Origin: an uncultured Actinomycetota bacterium
GTDB lineage: Bacteria; Actinomycetota; Actinomycetes; Propionibacteriales; Nocardioidaceae
Length of the DNA: 64,000 bases
Reading direction: 5' to 3'
NCBI GenBank assembly: GCA_963703415.1
Contig: CAVPEH010000008.1
Coordinates: 48,675-112,674 of the forward strand
Positions 46,057 to 55,864 of this stretch are shown here, piece by piece. The notes under the pieces were generated by a model, which saw only the letters and a program-made list of their open reading frames with translations, was not told the DNA's origin and did not search any database. Position numbers and translations under genes: made by a program. The stretch's first letter is position 1. Every line of letters starts with the position of its first letter.

Positions 46057-46533
46057 TCACGGCGTGAGATCGACACCCCACGCGTCCAGGTCCTCCGTCC
46101 GAGCGACGGCCCACCCGTTGCGCTCGACGCGCAGCCCGTCAGGCCGCGCCGCCCCCAGCCAGGTGAGCGGCGACGGTCGCCAACCGAGCACGACACCCGA
46201 CTCCACGGTGCTCCCGCGGAGGTAGTCGGAGGCCTCGACGTCGTGAGCGGGCTCGCCCATCCAGGCGGAGAGGACGGTGACCGCCTCCTGCCGGCTGGAG
46301 ACGCTGGCCCGGAGCACGTCGCGCGCCTCGACGAGCCACGTGAGTCGTGAGCCGCTCGACCAGGAGTCGAGGAGGAGGACGCGTTCGCCCTCGGCGAGCA
46401 GGGCCCACGGGAAGTGACGCTGACCCCACAGGCTCCAGTAGGCCGAGCGTCGCACCGCGTCGGCGGACTCGGGTCCGTCCGCGACGTCGGCGCGACGGCG
46501 GTGGCGGCGGTGCTGGACGAGAACGGCAGACAT
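46057..46533 (-). CDS. Hypothetical Trp-rich protein
   Basis: CAGGAG RBS before ATG at 46533; globular-looking 158 aa. Confidence 0.7.
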   Translation of the reverse strand: MSAVLVQHRRHRRRADVADGPESADAVRRSAYWSLWGQRHFPWALLAEGERVLLLDSWSSGSRLTWLVEARDVLRASVSSRQEAVTVLSAWMGEPAHDVEASDYLRGSTVESGVVLGWRPSPLTWLGAARPDGLRVERNGWAVARTEDLDAWGVDLTP

Positions 46534-46745
46534 GGGCGACTCCTGGGTCGAGGGCGAGGATCCGACCGTAGAGCCGCCGGGCCGCCCCTCCGGTCGTGCT
46601 CCACAGGGAGCCGCAGGGGCACACGTTTTCCCCAGGCCCAGGGACCGACGTCGGGGCGACGCGCTGACGGATACCGCCAATCTGCTCCGGTGCATTCCGG
46701 CGCACGGATACGATCCAGGTGCACCCTCACCCCTCAGGAGTACGG

Positions 46746-47354
46746 ATGAGCGACGGCTCGACCGCCCGTCCGCAACGGCGGTCCTCCGCCCTGCTGAAGC
46801 GACGACTCGTCGACGACCAGCGCAGACAGCTCGACACGATGCTCGACTGGGCGCTGACAGACGACAGCGTGGAGGAGATGGCGGCGCAGATCGTCGGGGC
46901 GCGTCGGCGCTTCATCATCGGCGCCACGAAGTCCTTCGCCTACGCCTCGCTGCTCGCGCTCGACCTCAGCGCGAGCCTCGCCAACGTCCACCTCGTCGAC
47001 GGCACGATCATCCGGCCGATCGACGTGCTCAGCGACGTGCGGAGCTCGGACGTCATGGTCGCGTTCTCGATCCAGCGCTACCGCAAGTACACGATCGACA
47101 TCGCCACCGCCTTCCAGGACGCGGGCGGTCGTCTGCTGGTGATCACCGACGCCGCGGACGCGCCGCTGGCCCACGTCGGTGCCGACGTCGTCCTGGTCCC
47201 CCCGGACGGTGTCTCGTACGACAGCTCTCCCCCGAGCCTCAGCCTGCTGATCGGCGTCATCGCGGCCCTGACGGCGGCCAGCGCCAAGGGTGCCGGCCGT
47301 CGCAGCGCGCAGCGAGACCACCTCGGCGAGATCCTCGACCTGTACGTCGACTGA
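46746..47354 (+). CDS. SIS-domain protein (MurR/RpiR-like, no N-terminal HTH)
   Basis: ARRRFIIG..S, DVMVAFSIQRY, VITD..APLA; CAGGAG RBS. Confidence 0.85.
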   Translation: MSDGSTARPQRRSSALLKRRLVDDQRRQLDTMLDWALTDDSVEEMAAQIVGARRRFIIGATKSFAYASLLALDLSASLANVHLVDGTIIRPIDVLSDVRSSDVMVAFSIQRYRKYTIDIATAFQDAGGRLLVITDAADAPLAHVGADVVLVPPDGVSYDSSPPSLSLLIGVIAALTAASAKGAGRRSAQRDHLGEILDLYVD

Positions 47355-47362
47355 CCGACGAT

Positions 47363-47394
47363 CTTGGACGGGTGACCTAGGTCACCCGTCCAAG
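47363..47394. repeat. Perfect 32-bp palindrome
   Basis: CTTGGACGGGTGACCT|AGGTCACCCGTCCAAG, no spacer. Confidence 0.95.
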
Positions 47395-47423
47395 TTGCGT
47401 CATAACGGTCATACCCTCGCGTC

Positions 47424-47562
47424 TCATCTATGTCGCGGGGTCGGGTCACTACCCCCTAGCCCGGCCCCGTGACCTCCAGGCGCCGCGCGCCGGGATCCCC
47501 CTACCCGGTCCGCGGCTCCCCCAGAGCCGCTCGCGCGATCCCTCGGGCGCGAGCGGCTCCAC
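47424..47562 (+). ncRNA. Candidate 6C-like small RNA
   Basis: TACCCT -10 box at 47412; stem 47432-47473 with loop CACUACCCCCUA; stem 47482-47516 with loop AUCCCCCUA; terminator-like stem 47524-47559; G-U pairs favour the + strand. Confidence 0.7.
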
Positions 47563-47671
47563 CTCCCCCGACCCTTCCCCAACGTGCCCACATCCCGTGG
47601 CGGAGAAGTGGGAGCGGCCTCGATCGCGGAGTACAGTCGATCGCACCCCCGGCCGCGAGGGGAGGTCGCAC

Positions 47672-48103
47672 ATGCCGTGGTTCGTCTGGTTGATCCTCGC
47701 CGTAGGCCTGGGCGTGGCAGAGGTCTTCACGCTCACGCTGGCGCTCGGGCTCCTGGCCGTGGCCGCGCTCGTCGCCGCCATCGTCGCCGGGGTCGGTGCC
47801 CCGCTGTTCGTCCAGCTCCTCGCCTTCACCGTGACCGCGGCGGCGACCCTGCTGGTCGTCCGCCCGCTCGCACGCCGCAACCTGCGCGGGACCCCGCTGG
47901 TCCGCGACGGCAGCGACGCACTCGTCGGACGGACCGGAGTCGTCACGCAGGAGGTCACCGCGCTGCGAGGGCTGGTCCGGCTCTCCGGTGAGGAGTGGTC
48001 GGCTCGGGCGTACGACGCGAGCGCGGTGATCCCCCCTGGGGTGACGGTGGACGTGATCGAGATCGACGGCGCGACCGCGATCGTGCATGCATGGGAGGCG
48101 TGA
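47672..48103 (+). CDS. NfeD family protein
   Basis: N-terminal TM helices plus OB domain LVGRTG..GEEWSAR; GGAGG RBS. Confidence 0.92.
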   Translation: MPWFVWLILAVGLGVAEVFTLTLALGLLAVAALVAAIVAGVGAPLFVQLLAFTVTAAATLLVVRPLARRNLRGTPLVRDGSDALVGRTGVVTQEVTALRGLVRLSGEEWSARAYDASAVIPPGVTVDVIEIDGATAIVHAWEA

Positions 48104-49161
48104 TGGAGCTGTTGGTCCCGATCATCGTGGCGGCGGTCGTCGTCGCCTTCGCCGTGCTGTCGACTGTGCGGGTCGTGCCGCAGGCTCGGCGCTACAACAT
48201 CGAGCGGTTCGGGCGTTACCGGACCACGCTCCAGCCCGGCCTGAACTTCATCGTCCCGGTCGCCGACCGGGTCAACAACAAGCTCGACGTGCGCGAGCAG
48301 GTCATGTCATCGCGTCCGCAGCCGGTGATCACCGAGGACAACCTCGTGGTGAACATCGACACGGTCCTCTACTACCAGATCACCGACCCGCGGGCGGCGG
48401 CGTACGAGGTCGCGAACTATCTCCAGGCGATCGACCAGCTCACCGTCACCACGCTGCGCAACGTCATCGGCTCGATGGACCTCGAGCGCACCCTGACGTC
48501 GCGCGAGGAGATCAACACCCGCCTGCGCAACGTCCTGGACGACGCGACCGGCAAGTGGGGCATCCGCGTCAACCGTGTCGAGATCAAGGCGATCGACCCG
48601 CCGTCGACCATCAAGGAGGCGATGGAGAAGCAGATGCGCGCCGAGCGCGACAAGCGTGCGCTGATCCTGCATGCAGAGGGCGAGCGGCAGGCGAAGATCC
48701 TCACCGCGGAGGGCACCCGTCAGCAGGAGATCCTCGTCGCCCAGGGTGACCGGCAGGCGGCGATCCTGCGTGCCGACGGCGAAGCGACGGCGCTCGAGCG
48801 GGTGTTCCAGGCCGTCCACCGCAACGACGCCGATCCGAAGGTCCTCGCGTACAAGTACCTCGAGATGCTCCCGCAGCTGGCCGGTGGTGAGCACAGCACC
48901 TTCTGGGTCATCCCCGGCGAGCTCACCCAGGCCGTACGGGCAGTGACCGAAGCGTTCGGCGGGACGCCGCACGAGGAGAGTGCTGCAGACCTCCCGTCGC
49001 CGCCCCAGGTCAACGGTGCACCGCCGTCGGGGACCGATCCCGCACAGGCCGCAGAGCTCGCGGCGCGCCAGGCGCAGGACGCGGTCGACGATGCGCGGGC
49101 GGAAGTCGCGGCCGCCGAAGGCGCGCCCGCACCCTCGGGCGACCGCGGCATCACCTCCTGA
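48103..49161 (+). CDS. SPFH/stomatin-like protein
   Basis: ERFGRY, ITEDN, TTLRNVIG, AMEKQMRAERDKRA. Confidence 0.95.
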   Translation: MELLVPIIVAAVVVAFAVLSTVRVVPQARRYNIERFGRYRTTLQPGLNFIVPVADRVNNKLDVREQVMSSRPQPVITEDNLVVNIDTVLYYQITDPRAAAYEVANYLQAIDQLTVTTLRNVIGSMDLERTLTSREEINTRLRNVLDDATGKWGIRVNRVEIKAIDPPSTIKEAMEKQMRAERDKRALILHAEGERQAKILTAEGTRQQEILVAQGDRQAAILRADGEATALERVFQAVHRNDADPKVLAYKYLEMLPQLAGGEHSTFWVIPGELTQAVRAVTEAFGGTPHEESAADLPSPPQVNGAPPSGTDPAQAAELAARQAQDAVDDARAEVAAAEGAPAPSGDRGITS

Positions 49162-49188
49162 GCGACGAACCGAGCGGAGGCGGCGTCC

Positions 49189-51322
49189 ATGGGTACGAGA
49201 GGGACCGAGGAGAGCCGCCGGCGAGGCGGTGGGGCGTCACCCGTCACACCCCGCGCGCCTGACGACCTGCGCACGATCGCGGTCGTCGGTCCGTCCGGGT
49301 CGGGCAAGACCACGCTCGTCGAGGCTCTGCTCGCCGCGTCGGGAACGATCTCACGCGCCGGTTCGGTCGACGCCGGCACGACCGTCGGCGACCACGATCC
49401 GGCGGCCGTACGCCAGCACCGCACCGTCGGTCTGTCGGTCGCCCCGCTGGTCCACGACGGGGTGAAGGTCAACCTGGTCGACACACCGGGGTACGTCGAC
49501 TTCGTCGGCGAGCTGCGTGCGGGACTGCGCGCCGCCGACTCCGCCCTCTTCGTCGTGTCCGCCACCGAGGAGGTCGACCTCGCGACGCGCGCCGTCTGGG
49601 ACGAGTGTGCCGCCGCCGGGATGCCGCGCGCCGTCGTCGTGAGCCGGATCGACCACCAGCGCGCCGACGTCGATGCCGCGGTCGCCGGGCTCCGTGCCGC
49701 ACTCGGCGACGGAGTCCACCCCGTGTACGAGCTCACGCAGGACGGCCTGCTCGGTCTCATCAGCCTGCGGCGCTCGGTCTGCATCGACGGCGTGCGCACA
49801 CTTGCCGACCCCGATGCCGCCGAGCTGGAGCGCGTCCGCCCCGAGCGCGACGCGCTCATCGAGGCGGTGATCGGAGAGAGCGAGGACGAGGCGCTGATGG
49901 AGCGCTACCTCGCCGGCGAGCCGGTCGAGCCCGACGTCCTCATCCGCGACCTGGAGACTGCTGTCACCCGGGGCACCCTCTTTCCTGTCTTCCTCGTCTC
50001 GTCGTTGACCGGAGTCGGTGTCGCGGACCTCCTCGACGCGCTCCCCCGCGCATTCCCCTCACCGCTCGAACGCGCGCTCCCCGTCGCGACCGACCCGCAC
50101 GGCCGCCGCCGCTCCCCGCTGACACCCGACCCGGACGGCCCCTTCGCGGCCGAGGTGATCCACACCGAGGTCGACGCGTACGTCGGGCGCGTCTCGCTCC
50201 TGCGCATCTTCTCCGGCACGCTGCGCCCCGACGACACCGTCCACGTGGCGGGGCACGGGATGGCCGACCGGGGGCACTCCGACCACGACGCCGACGAGCG
50301 CGTCGCGCACGTGTACGCCCCGCTGGGGGGCAGCCTCACTGAGGTCCCGTACGCGATCGCCGGCGATGTCTGCGCTCTCACGAAGGTCGCTTCGGCCGAG
50401 ACCGGCGACACGCTCTCGTCCCCGGCCGAGCCCCTCCTCATCGACCCGTGGCCGATGCCAGAGCCGCTGCTGCCCGTCGCCGTGGTCGCCAAGACCCGCC
50501 GCGACGAGGACACCCTCTCCCGCAACCTGGCTCGGCTCACCGCCGCCGACCCGACCCTCCGTCTCGAGCGCAACGCGGAGACCGGGCAGCTCGTGCTCTG
50601 GTGCATGGGTGACTCCCATGCCGACGTCGTGCTCACCCGGCTTCGTGAAGGCGGAGCCGAGGTGGACACGGAACCCGTACGCGTCGCGCTGCGCGAGACC
50701 TTCGCCGGTGCGGCGAAGGCACAGGGTCGTCACGTCAAGCAGTCCGGCGGCCACGGTCAGTACGCGGTCTGCGAGATCGAGGTGGAGCCCCTGCCCCGGG
50801 GAGACGGGCTTCGAGTTCGTGGACAAGGTCGTCGGCGGGGCTGTGCCGCGGCAGTTCATCCCCAGCGTGGAGAAGGGCGTGCGTGCCCAGCTGGAGAGCG
50901 GCCTGGCGGAGGGGTGTCCGGTCGTCGACGTGCGCGTGACCCTCACCGGCGGCAAGGCGCACAGCGTCGACTCCTCCGACGCCGCGTTCCAGACGGCGGG
51001 CGCGCTCGCGGTGAAGGAGGCTGCCGCACGCGCGGGTGTGCTCGTCCTCGAGCCGGTCGACGAGGTCGCCGTCGACGTGCCGGACGAGCATCTCGGCGCC
51101 GTGCTCGAGGACCTGTCGTCGCGACGTGGCAGGGTGCAGGCGACGGATGCCGGGTCACAGTCCGGACGCAGCGTCGTGCGCGCGGCGGTGCCCACCACCG
51201 AGCTCCTCAGCTACTCGGTCGACCTGCGCTCGCTCACCTCCGGCGCAGCATCCTTCACGAGGACGTTCGCACAGTACGAGGTGGCGTCGGACGGCGCACC
51301 GACGTCATCGCGCCTACGCTGA
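49189..51322 (+). CDS. fusA2: Elongation factor G-like protein EF-G2 (frameshift near 50800)
   Basis: GPSGSGKTT, DTPGYVDF, KQSGGHGQY, HSVDSSDAAF, LEP. Confidence 0.93.
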
Positions 51323-51353
51323 CGGTGCTCGACCTTTCATCGAGGAGGAACCC

Positions 51354-51890
51354 GTGGCGAAGAACGCGAAATCCAACAAGGTCGAGGTCGAGCTGCGCAA
51401 GCGCGTGGCCGATCTCGAGAAGGCGCTCGACGGTGTGAGCGGCCAGCTGAAGAAAGCGCGCAAGGACGCAGACAAGTCCCGCGCCGACGCCGAGAAGGCG
51501 ATCCGGAAGGCGACGAAGACCGCCCAGCGCAAGATCAGTGAGACCGCCGACTCTGCGCGCGGCGACCTCGAGCGTCTCCGTGCGTCGGTCACACGCGGCA
51601 GCTCGTCAGGAAGCGGGACGGGCGCCACCAAGAAGTCGACGACGCGGAAGACGACGGCGCGCAAGTCGACGGCGCGCAAGTCGACGGCGCGGAAGACCGG
51701 GTCGCCCAGCACGACGGCCAAGACGACCGGGTCGTCCCGCACGACAGCCAAGAAGACGACGGCGGCGGCGAGCGGCGGCTCGTACGCCTCGATGACGGTC
51801 GCCGAGCTTCGCAAGGCCGCCCAGGCCAAAGGTGTGAAGGGCTACTCCCGGCTGTCCAAGTCCGAGCTCGTCAACCGGCTGGGCTCCTAG
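51354..51890 (+). CDS. Basic coiled-coil protein with K/T/S-rich linker and C-terminal Rho-N-like helical domain
   Basis: GAGGAGG RBS; C-terminus MTVAELRKAAQAKGVKGYSRLSKSELV; 15-bp repeats at 51633-51695. Confidence 0.85.
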   Translation: MAKNAKSNKVEVELRKRVADLEKALDGVSGQLKKARKDADKSRADAEKAIRKATKTAQRKISETADSARGDLERLRASVTRGSSSGSGTGATKKSTTRKTTARKSTARKSTARKTGSPSTTAKTTGSSRTTAKKTTAAASGGSYASMTVAELRKAAQAKGVKGYSRLSKSELVNRLGS

Positions 51891-51989
51891 ACCGCACCTG
51901 ACCGCGCCCCGCCCCTTGTGCGGGCGTCCGCGTCGTGATCGCCGCGCGATCCGTACGCAGCCGCCCACCGAAGGGACGGGGCGCTCTCG

Positions 51990-53945
51990 TCAGCTCGTCT
52001 CGTCCATCAGCACCGGGAGCTCACGCACCCGTCCCTCCGGCATCACCGTGCCGGGGACGAGGTCGCTGCGCTTGGGCAGCCAGCCCCAGCCCGCGGGCCA
52101 GGTCGGCTGAGGCAGGGCGATGCCTGGCAGCGAGAAGCGCGACTTCGCGAGGTCCAGCGTGTACGTCGACGCGGTCGTGTCGATGGTGCGGACCCGCCCG
52201 TTCGCCGCGCCCACGATGACGACGCCGAGACGATGGCCCTTCTTGACGACGGCGTCGTCGGGGTCGAGCGTCACCGCGACGTCGTGCGTGCCCGCACCGT
52301 CGAGGCGCGCCCAGCCGCGGCCGAGGATCTGGAGCGGTGTCGTGCCGACGTTCCGGCTCATCGTGAAGTAGCACGCGTCGTCGGCCGGCGTCGACTGTCC
52401 GACACACGTCTCGGTGGTCGTCGTCGACGCGCCGTCGCCGGTCGTCAGGACACGCTCGGCCTCTCCGTAGTCGACGAGCATCACGCCGACCTGGCCCGTC
52501 GGGACCTCGCTCGTCACCCGAAGGTTCGCGACCATGGAACCGCTCATGCGGGCGTCGGCCAGCAGAGGGCTCGTCGCGTACAGGAGGCGCGTCGTGCTCG
52601 CGCCCTCGACGACTGCAGCGTTCTCGCGCTGGCTCGGGGAGTTGACCCAGCTCTGCGTCCCCTTGGCAGGGACGATCCGCAGGCTGCCGTCGGCCTGGGG
52701 GCGCAGCGTCGTCGCGGCAGGACGTGCGGGCCACGTCTGCGAGTCGACCCAGTGGCCGGGCTCGGTCTCCACCGACACGCGCGGCTCGCGGAGCACAGAG
52801 TTCTTGATGCCCATCAGCTCGTGGTCGAACCAGCGGTGCAGCGTGCTCACCCACTCGTCGCGGTCGATGTCGAACGGGTCGACGTGCCCGACCCGGCTCA
52901 GCCACATCTTGCGGGTGACCCCGGCCTTGCCGAGGGCCTCCCACCACGTCGAGAAGTGCCGCGTCTTGACGTTGGTGTCCTGGAGGCCGTGGTAGATGAA
53001 GACGCTCGCCTTCACCTTCTTGGCGTTGAGCGCGACCGAGTCACGGTAGTTGCGCTCGTCCCAGAACGCGTTGTGCTCGCCGGTCTCGTCGGCGTCCTCG
53101 TCGTTCATCCGCTGCAGGGTCGCCGAGCAGTCCTGCGGCATCGTCCGGTTCGTCGCGACACGGGCGGCGAGTCCGCTGGAGTAGTTCCAGCTGTACGGGA
53201 GGCCCTGCGAGCGGCTGTAGTCGTACCAGGAGCTGATCGCGCTGATCGGCACGATCGTCTCGAGGCCCTTGACACCGGTCGCGGCGACACCGTTGGCGAT
53301 CGTGCCGTCGTAGCTCTTGCCGATCATGCCGGTCTTGCCGTTCGACCAGTCGGCCTTCACGGGGTTGCCGTCGGCGTCGACCGCTTCCGCGTTGCCGTTC
53401 AGCCACTCGACGACGGCCTTGATCGAGCCGATGTCGGACTTCCCGCCGGTGTCGACGCAGCCGTTCGAGCGCGACGTGCCCGCGACGTCCGCGGCGACGT
53501 ACGCGTACCCGCGGGGGACGAAGTAGTTGTCGTAGAAGAGGGGGAACTTCTCGAGGTTGCCCTCGGCGTCGAAGGTCTTGCACTCAGCCTCGTTGCCGCG
53601 GCACAGGCTCGTGTAGTACGGGCTCGCGTCCATCACGATCGGGACGTCCACGCCCTTCGCGGCGAGCTCGCGCGGCCGCACGATGTCGACAGCGACCTTG
53701 TCCGGCTGACCATCGCCGTCGAAGTCCGGAGCGAGGACCCAGACGGTCTCGCGGATCGCGTCCGCGTAGCTGTAGACGGGCGCAGAGACGCCGCCCTGGA
53801 GGACGTACGGCTTCGCTGCCGGGGCCGCGGACGCCGTCGTCGCGGTTCCGGCGGCCAGTGCCGTACCGGTGAGAGTGAGGGTGAGGAGGAGGCCGAGGCC
53901 CGCTCGGGATCTGCGCGCGCGCCGCGCCACGTTCGTCTGGTGCAT
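51990..53945 (-). CDS. Secreted Xaa-Pro dipeptidyl-peptidase (S15, CocE/NonD family)
   Basis: Signal peptide, SPYY, GKSYDG nucleophile motif, ISSWYDY, HGLQDTNV. Confidence 0.92.
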   Translation of the reverse strand: MHQTNVARRARRSRAGLGLLLTLTLTGTALAAGTATTASAAPAAKPYVLQGGVSAPVYSYADAIRETVWVLAPDFDGDGQPDKVAVDIVRPRELAAKGVDVPIVMDASPYYTSLCRGNEAECKTFDAEGNLEKFPLFYDNYFVPRGYAYVAADVAGTSRSNGCVDTGGKSDIGSIKAVVEWLNGNAEAVDADGNPVKADWSNGKTGMIGKSYDGTIANGVAATGVKGLETIVPISAISSWYDYSRSQGLPYSWNYSSGLAARVATNRTMPQDCSATLQRMNDEDADETGEHNAFWDERNYRDSVALNAKKVKASVFIYHGLQDTNVKTRHFSTWWEALGKAGVTRKMWLSRVGHVDPFDIDRDEWVSTLHRWFDHELMGIKNSVLREPRVSVETEPGHWVDSQTWPARPAATTLRPQADGSLRIVPAKGTQSWVNSPSQRENAAVVEGASTTRLLYATSPLLADARMSGSMVANLRVTSEVPTGQVGVMLVDYGEAERVLTTGDGASTTTTETCVGQSTPADDACYFTMSRNVGTTPLQILGRGWARLDGAGTHDVAVTLDPDDAVVKKGHRLGVVIVGAANGRVRTIDTTASTYTLDLAKSRFSLPGIALPQPTWPAGWGWLPKRSDLVPGTVMPEGRVRELPVLMDETS

Positions 53946-54002
53946 GGGGGGAATTCTGGCGCGCGGCACGCCTTTCCGCAGCCCGCGAATATGTTGCGCG
54001 CA

Positions 54003-54569
54003 TCACCGCTGTCGTGCATCGACCTCCGGCGCGGCACGGAGCGACCGCAACCTACTTCGGTGGTAGACCAGGGGCTCGATGTCGGGCCGCGTGGAGAGGG
54101 CGACGATGCGAAGCATGACCACCAGGTGGTCACCGGCAGGCGCCTCCGAGTCGACCTCCACCTCGATCCACGCCGCGGCGTCCTCGACGAGCACCGCGCC
54201 GTTGCCCTGAGTGCTCGTGCGCAGGGAGGCGAACCGGTCCCCCGTGCGCGCCGACAGCGCGGCGACGTGCGACTCGTGCTCGACCCCCAGCACGCTGATC
54301 CCCAGCGACGCCGCGCGGCGCAGCACCGGCCACGTGGTCGAGGTGCTCTGGACGAACACGGCAGCCAGGGGCGGGTCGAGCGACACGGAGACGAAGCTGC
54401 TGATCGCCATCCCGACCCGCACGCCGTCGACCTCGGCGCACGCTGCCACCACCCCGCTCGGGAACGACCCGAACGCTTGCCGCAGCCTCGTGGGCGAGAG
54501 CGCGTCGGAATCGACCGCGTCGGGCGTCGAGTCGCGGAGGGGGCCGCGCCGCAGGGCCGTGCTGGTCAT
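54003..54569 (-). CDS. Flavin reductase family protein (HpaC/DszD-like)
   Basis: LRQAFGSFPSGV, SFVSVSLDPPL, AGDH. Confidence 0.93.
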   Translation of the reverse strand: MTSTALRRGPLRDSTPDAVDSDALSPTRLRQAFGSFPSGVVAACAEVDGVRVGMAISSFVSVSLDPPLAAVFVQSTSTTWPVLRRAASLGISVLGVEHESHVAALSARTGDRFASLRTSTQGNGAVLVEDAAAWIEVEVDSEAPAGDHLVVMLRIVALSTRPDIEPLVYHRSRLRSLRAAPEVDARQR

Positions 54570-55072
54570 GCGGACACCGCTGCCGCGGCAAGGGCGCGGA
54601 CGGGCGACGCCCAACGCGCGACGTACGCGTCGAAGGCCGTCGGGTCGTCGTACCGGCTCTCCTGGAGATAGGTGCCCGGTGCCACCACCGTCGCGCCGAG
54701 CTCCACCAGGACTGGGCGCAGCAGCAGCTCGGGCGCGAGCGCGTGCGCCGGTCCTGCGCCGAGCATCAGCGGCACCGCGACCACCCCCGCGAGTCCGGTG
54801 CCCGTGGGGAACTGATCGAGGAAGACCTTCAGCAGGCCTGTGTACGTCGCCTTGAAGGTCGGGCTGGCCACGACCACCAGGTCGCTGGAGGACACCGTGT
54901 CGACAGCAGCGGCGATGTCCGGGTCACCCCATTCGAGAAGGGCGGGGCCGAGTGTGGCGACGTCGACGACGTGGTCCGGCGCTCTGCCGGCAAGCCTGCT
55001 CGCGAGCATGATCGCCGCGTCGAGCGTGCGCGACGCGACCTTCGGGTTGCCGGTGACCACAGTGACCTGCAC
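54566..55072 (-). CDS. NADPH-dependent FMN reductase (SsuE-like)
   Basis: GNPKVASRT, ASPTFKATYTGLLKVFLD; AAGGAGG RBS. Confidence 0.92.
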   Translation of the reverse strand: MQVTVVTGNPKVASRTLDAAIMLASRLAGRAPDHVVDVATLGPALLEWGDPDIAAAVDTVSSSDLVVVASPTFKATYTGLLKVFLDQFPTGTGLAGVVAVPLMLGAGPAHALAPELLLRPVLVELGATVVAPGTYLQESRYDDPTAFDAYVARWASPVRALAAAAVSA

Positions 55073-55100
55073 GGAACCCACCTCCTTCTCGAACCACCAA

Positions 55101-55122
55101 AGTCATCAAACTAGATCATTCT
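55101..55122 (-). promoter_or_regulatory. Candidate operator upstream of the FMN reductase
   Basis: Minus strand AGAATGATC-N7-ATGACT, similar to 55770-55792. Confidence 0.5.
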
Positions 55123-55199
55123 TGTGGAGTTAGGCTAGTACGCACGAGCTCATGACCATTTCGGCATCTCGGATGCCAAGACTCGGCTACGTTCGACGC

Positions 55200-55688
55200 A
55201 TGGCGACCAGGCGCGCGGACCGGCCGACGATGACGGCGGAGGCACGTTTCACGAGTCCGGGCTTCCTCCTCTCCCACCTCGGCCGTACAGCCCACGCATG
55301 GATCGCCGAGGCGCTCGAGCCTCTCGGTCTCATCCCGCGCGAAGCCGGCGCGCTCCTCGTGCTGCGCGAGCACGGCGAGCTTTCGCAGCAGCGGCTGGGC
55401 GAGCTGCTGGACATGGACCCGAACTACCTGGTGTTCGTCGTCAAGAAGCTCGAGGACGAGGGTCTGGTCGTCCGGACGCGCGACCTGCGCGACCGGCGCC
55501 GTCGCCTGATCACCATCACGCCGGCCGGACGCGAGCGACGCGACGCCGCTGACGCCGCCGTCGCAGAGGTCGAGGAGCGGCTCATGCGCGGACTGACGAA
55601 GCGTGACACCGCGCGACTCCGCGCCCTGCTGATGACGGTCGACGCCAACACCGGTGGTCGGGCCGCCACGGGCGACGCCCTGTCCTGA
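55200..55688 (+). CDS. MarR family regulator
   Basis: LSQQRLGELL..LEDEGLVVRTRDLRDRRR..ITPAG. Confidence 0.93.
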   Translation: MATRRADRPTMTAEARFTSPGFLLSHLGRTAHAWIAEALEPLGLIPREAGALLVLREHGELSQQRLGELLDMDPNYLVFVVKKLEDEGLVVRTRDLRDRRRRLITITPAGRERRDAADAAVAEVEERLMRGLTKRDTARLRALLMTVDANTGGRAATGDALS

Positions 55689-55769
55689 CGGCGACCTGAC
55701 CCGCCGACCACCGGCGGTACGTCCACACTTCCGTTCAGTCCGACCGCAAGGGAGCCCTGCGCGTCTCAG

Positions 55770-55825
55770 AGAATGATCATGTCGTAATGACTATCTGGTT
55801 GATAGACATAGTGGATCTATGACCC
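55770..55825 (+). promoter_or_regulatory. AT-rich promoter/operator of the sulfur ABC operon
   Basis: AGAATGATC-N8-ATGACT followed by palindromes CTATC-N5-GATAG and CATAG-N5-CTATG. Confidence 0.55.
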
Positions 55826-55864
55826 GGTCCATGACTACGGACCACACCTCGTCAGGAGAACCCC

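Noticed and set aside
49189-49700. Non-canonical GTPase motifs in the EF-G paralog (SRID instead of NKxD)
   Set aside because: Degenerate G-motifs are expected for actinobacterial EF-G2.
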